A stretch of 64,000 bases of DNA from an uncultured Rivularia sp. (lineage in GTDB: Bacteria; Cyanobacteriota; Cyanobacteriia; Cyanobacteriales; Nostocaceae). Under the pieces are notes generated by a model that was not told where the DNA came from, did not search any database, and was given only the letters and a program-made list of their open reading frames with translations. Location: NCBI GenBank assembly GCA_963665115.1, contig OY762007.1:5088001-5152000 (forward strand), given 5' to 3'. Made by a program: the position numbers and the translations under genes. Every line of letters begins with the position of its first letter. Position 1 is the stretch's first letter. This document shows positions 62,669-64,000 of this stretch, one piece after another.

Positions 62669-63785
62669 ATGGCACCTCAAACAGAAGATTTCACTATTGG
62701 AGTGGAAGAAGAATATCAAATTGTTAATCCCCAAACGCGGGAACTTACTTCGCGGGTACAGCAAATTTTACCTTTTGCGAAAAAAACAATTGGTGAGAAA
62801 GTGCATCCTGAAGTTCAACTTTCACAAATTGAAATAGATACTCCTGTTTGTCAAACTCTTGCTGATGTGCGGAGAGAATTGGTGCGGTTGCGAAAGGGAG
62901 TAATTAACGCTGCTGCGAAAGATAGTAATCAAATAGCTTCTTCGGGAACCCATCCGTTTTCATCTTGGAAGGAACAAGATGTAACCCCCAAGGAACGTTA
63001 TAAAAATTTGATCGAAGAATATCAACAGCTAGGAAAAGAACAAGTTATTTTTGGCTGTCACGTTCATGTGGGAATTCGCGATCGCAATTTAGCCATTCAG
63101 GTGATGAACCGAGCGCGAGTTTGGCTGGCTCCGATGTTAGCGCTCTCGTCTTCTTCTCCTTTCTGGATGGGCAGCGATACGGGATACGCTAGCTATCGTA
63201 CAGAAGTTTTTGGTCGATGGCCAATATCGGGGGCCACCGTTAATTTTTGAATCGGAAGCTGAATATAAAAAAGTTGTAGAAGCTTTAGTCAAAAGTAAAA
63301 GTGTAGAAGAAGAAACTAAGATTTATTGGGATATGCGGCTGTGCGTCAAGTATCCTACGGTGGAGTTTCGTATGGCTGATGTCTGTATGACGGTGGATGA
63401 AGCGGTGATGCTAGCCGGACTTACACGCGCTCTAGCCCGAACTTGCTACGATCGAGCCAAAAACAACGTATCATATCCGGCAGCTCGTCACGAACTTATC
63501 CGCGCCGCTCACTGGAGGGCTGCACGCTATGGTTTAGATGCCGACTTGTTGGATGTAGAGGAAGAAAGCGCAATACCCGCACAAGAATTAATTAAGAAGT
63601 TTTTGACCTTTGTACGTCCATCGTTGGAAGAATACGGGGATTGGGATGAAGTTTCTACAATTGTTAAAGAAATTTTGCAGCAGGGTAATGGTGCCTCACG
63701 TCAGCGGGAAGTTTACAAGCGTGCGGGCAAATTAGAAGATGTAGTTGATTATATGGTTGAGGAAACTAAGAAGGGAGTAATTTGA
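62669..63785 (+). CDS. Carboxylate-amine ligase (YbdK / glutamate-cysteine ligase 2), frameshift at G5 run 63229-63233
   Basis: TIGVEEEY, GCHVHVG, SSPFW, YWDMR and TVEFR motifs. Confidence 0.9.
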
Positions 63786-64000
63786 AGTTAGAAGTATTTA
63801 ACCTTTAACCTTTGACCTTTAACCTCTTGTCAAAGAGTGAATATCGCAATTAATGTGGTACCTGCGAAACCTTTGAGCGATTTGCCTTAATATGACGAGT
63901 GTACTTCCCGCTTTGACAGTTAGCCAGATGATTGGGCAAAGAACTATTCGACCGTTTGCTGTTGCCTCTTTATATGGCATCGCATTTAAAAAAGATACAT

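Larger units (their letters stand above)
7007..63085. repeat. Dispersed HIP1 octamers (GCGATCGC)
   Basis: Seen at about 7007, 10593, 10686, 15327, 20543, 23108, 27609, 29609, 33889, 40288 and 63078, among others. Confidence 0.9.

Noticed and set aside
11556..63785. Calling opcA, recF, yhaV, the oxidase, the porin and ybdK pseudogenes or programmed frameshifts
   Set aside because: Single homopolymer indels with otherwise intact halves and no shared slippery signal; sequencing error is more parsimonious
63800..64000. Possible partial CDS at the right edge
   Set aside because: One minus-strand frame is open but has no recognisable motif; cannot be supported

Overview
Chromosomal window from a heterocyst-forming filamentous cyanobacterium, probably Nostocales and Rivularia/Calothrix-like. 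This is inferred from the AT-rich composition, many HIP1 GCGATCGC octamers, abundant 7-bp STRR arrays and the fbp-tal-zwf-opcA operon. Most genes are housekeeping or metabolic: infC, cobB, the oxidative pentose phosphate operon, rbp, intein-containing class II RNR nrdJ, cysE, hrcA, a KirBac channel, a Ni/Co ECF transporter, an SLH-porin, ppx, a ppsA-like gene, recF, a Ca-type P-ATPase and a ybdK-like ligase. A putative 6S RNA is also present. The most interesting parts are: (1) a Fur-boxed iron cluster of Tat two-domain multicopper oxidase, lipoprotein, ferritin-like, FTR1 and a second ferritin-like gene; (2) a four-helix-bundle gene bracketed by inverted STRR arms, with several gene-less arm pairs inside operons; (3) a HEAT-repeat gene plus PrlF-YhaV toxin-antitoxin module lying between 172-bp direct repeats and followed by an orphan antitoxin half and a 24-bp array; (4) a MITE inserted at the 5' edge of the putative 6S RNA. 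At least eight genes have single-base frameshifts, mostly in homopolymers, which look like sequencing or assembly errors rather than pseudogenes. All family assignments come from motif recognition; no searches were run.
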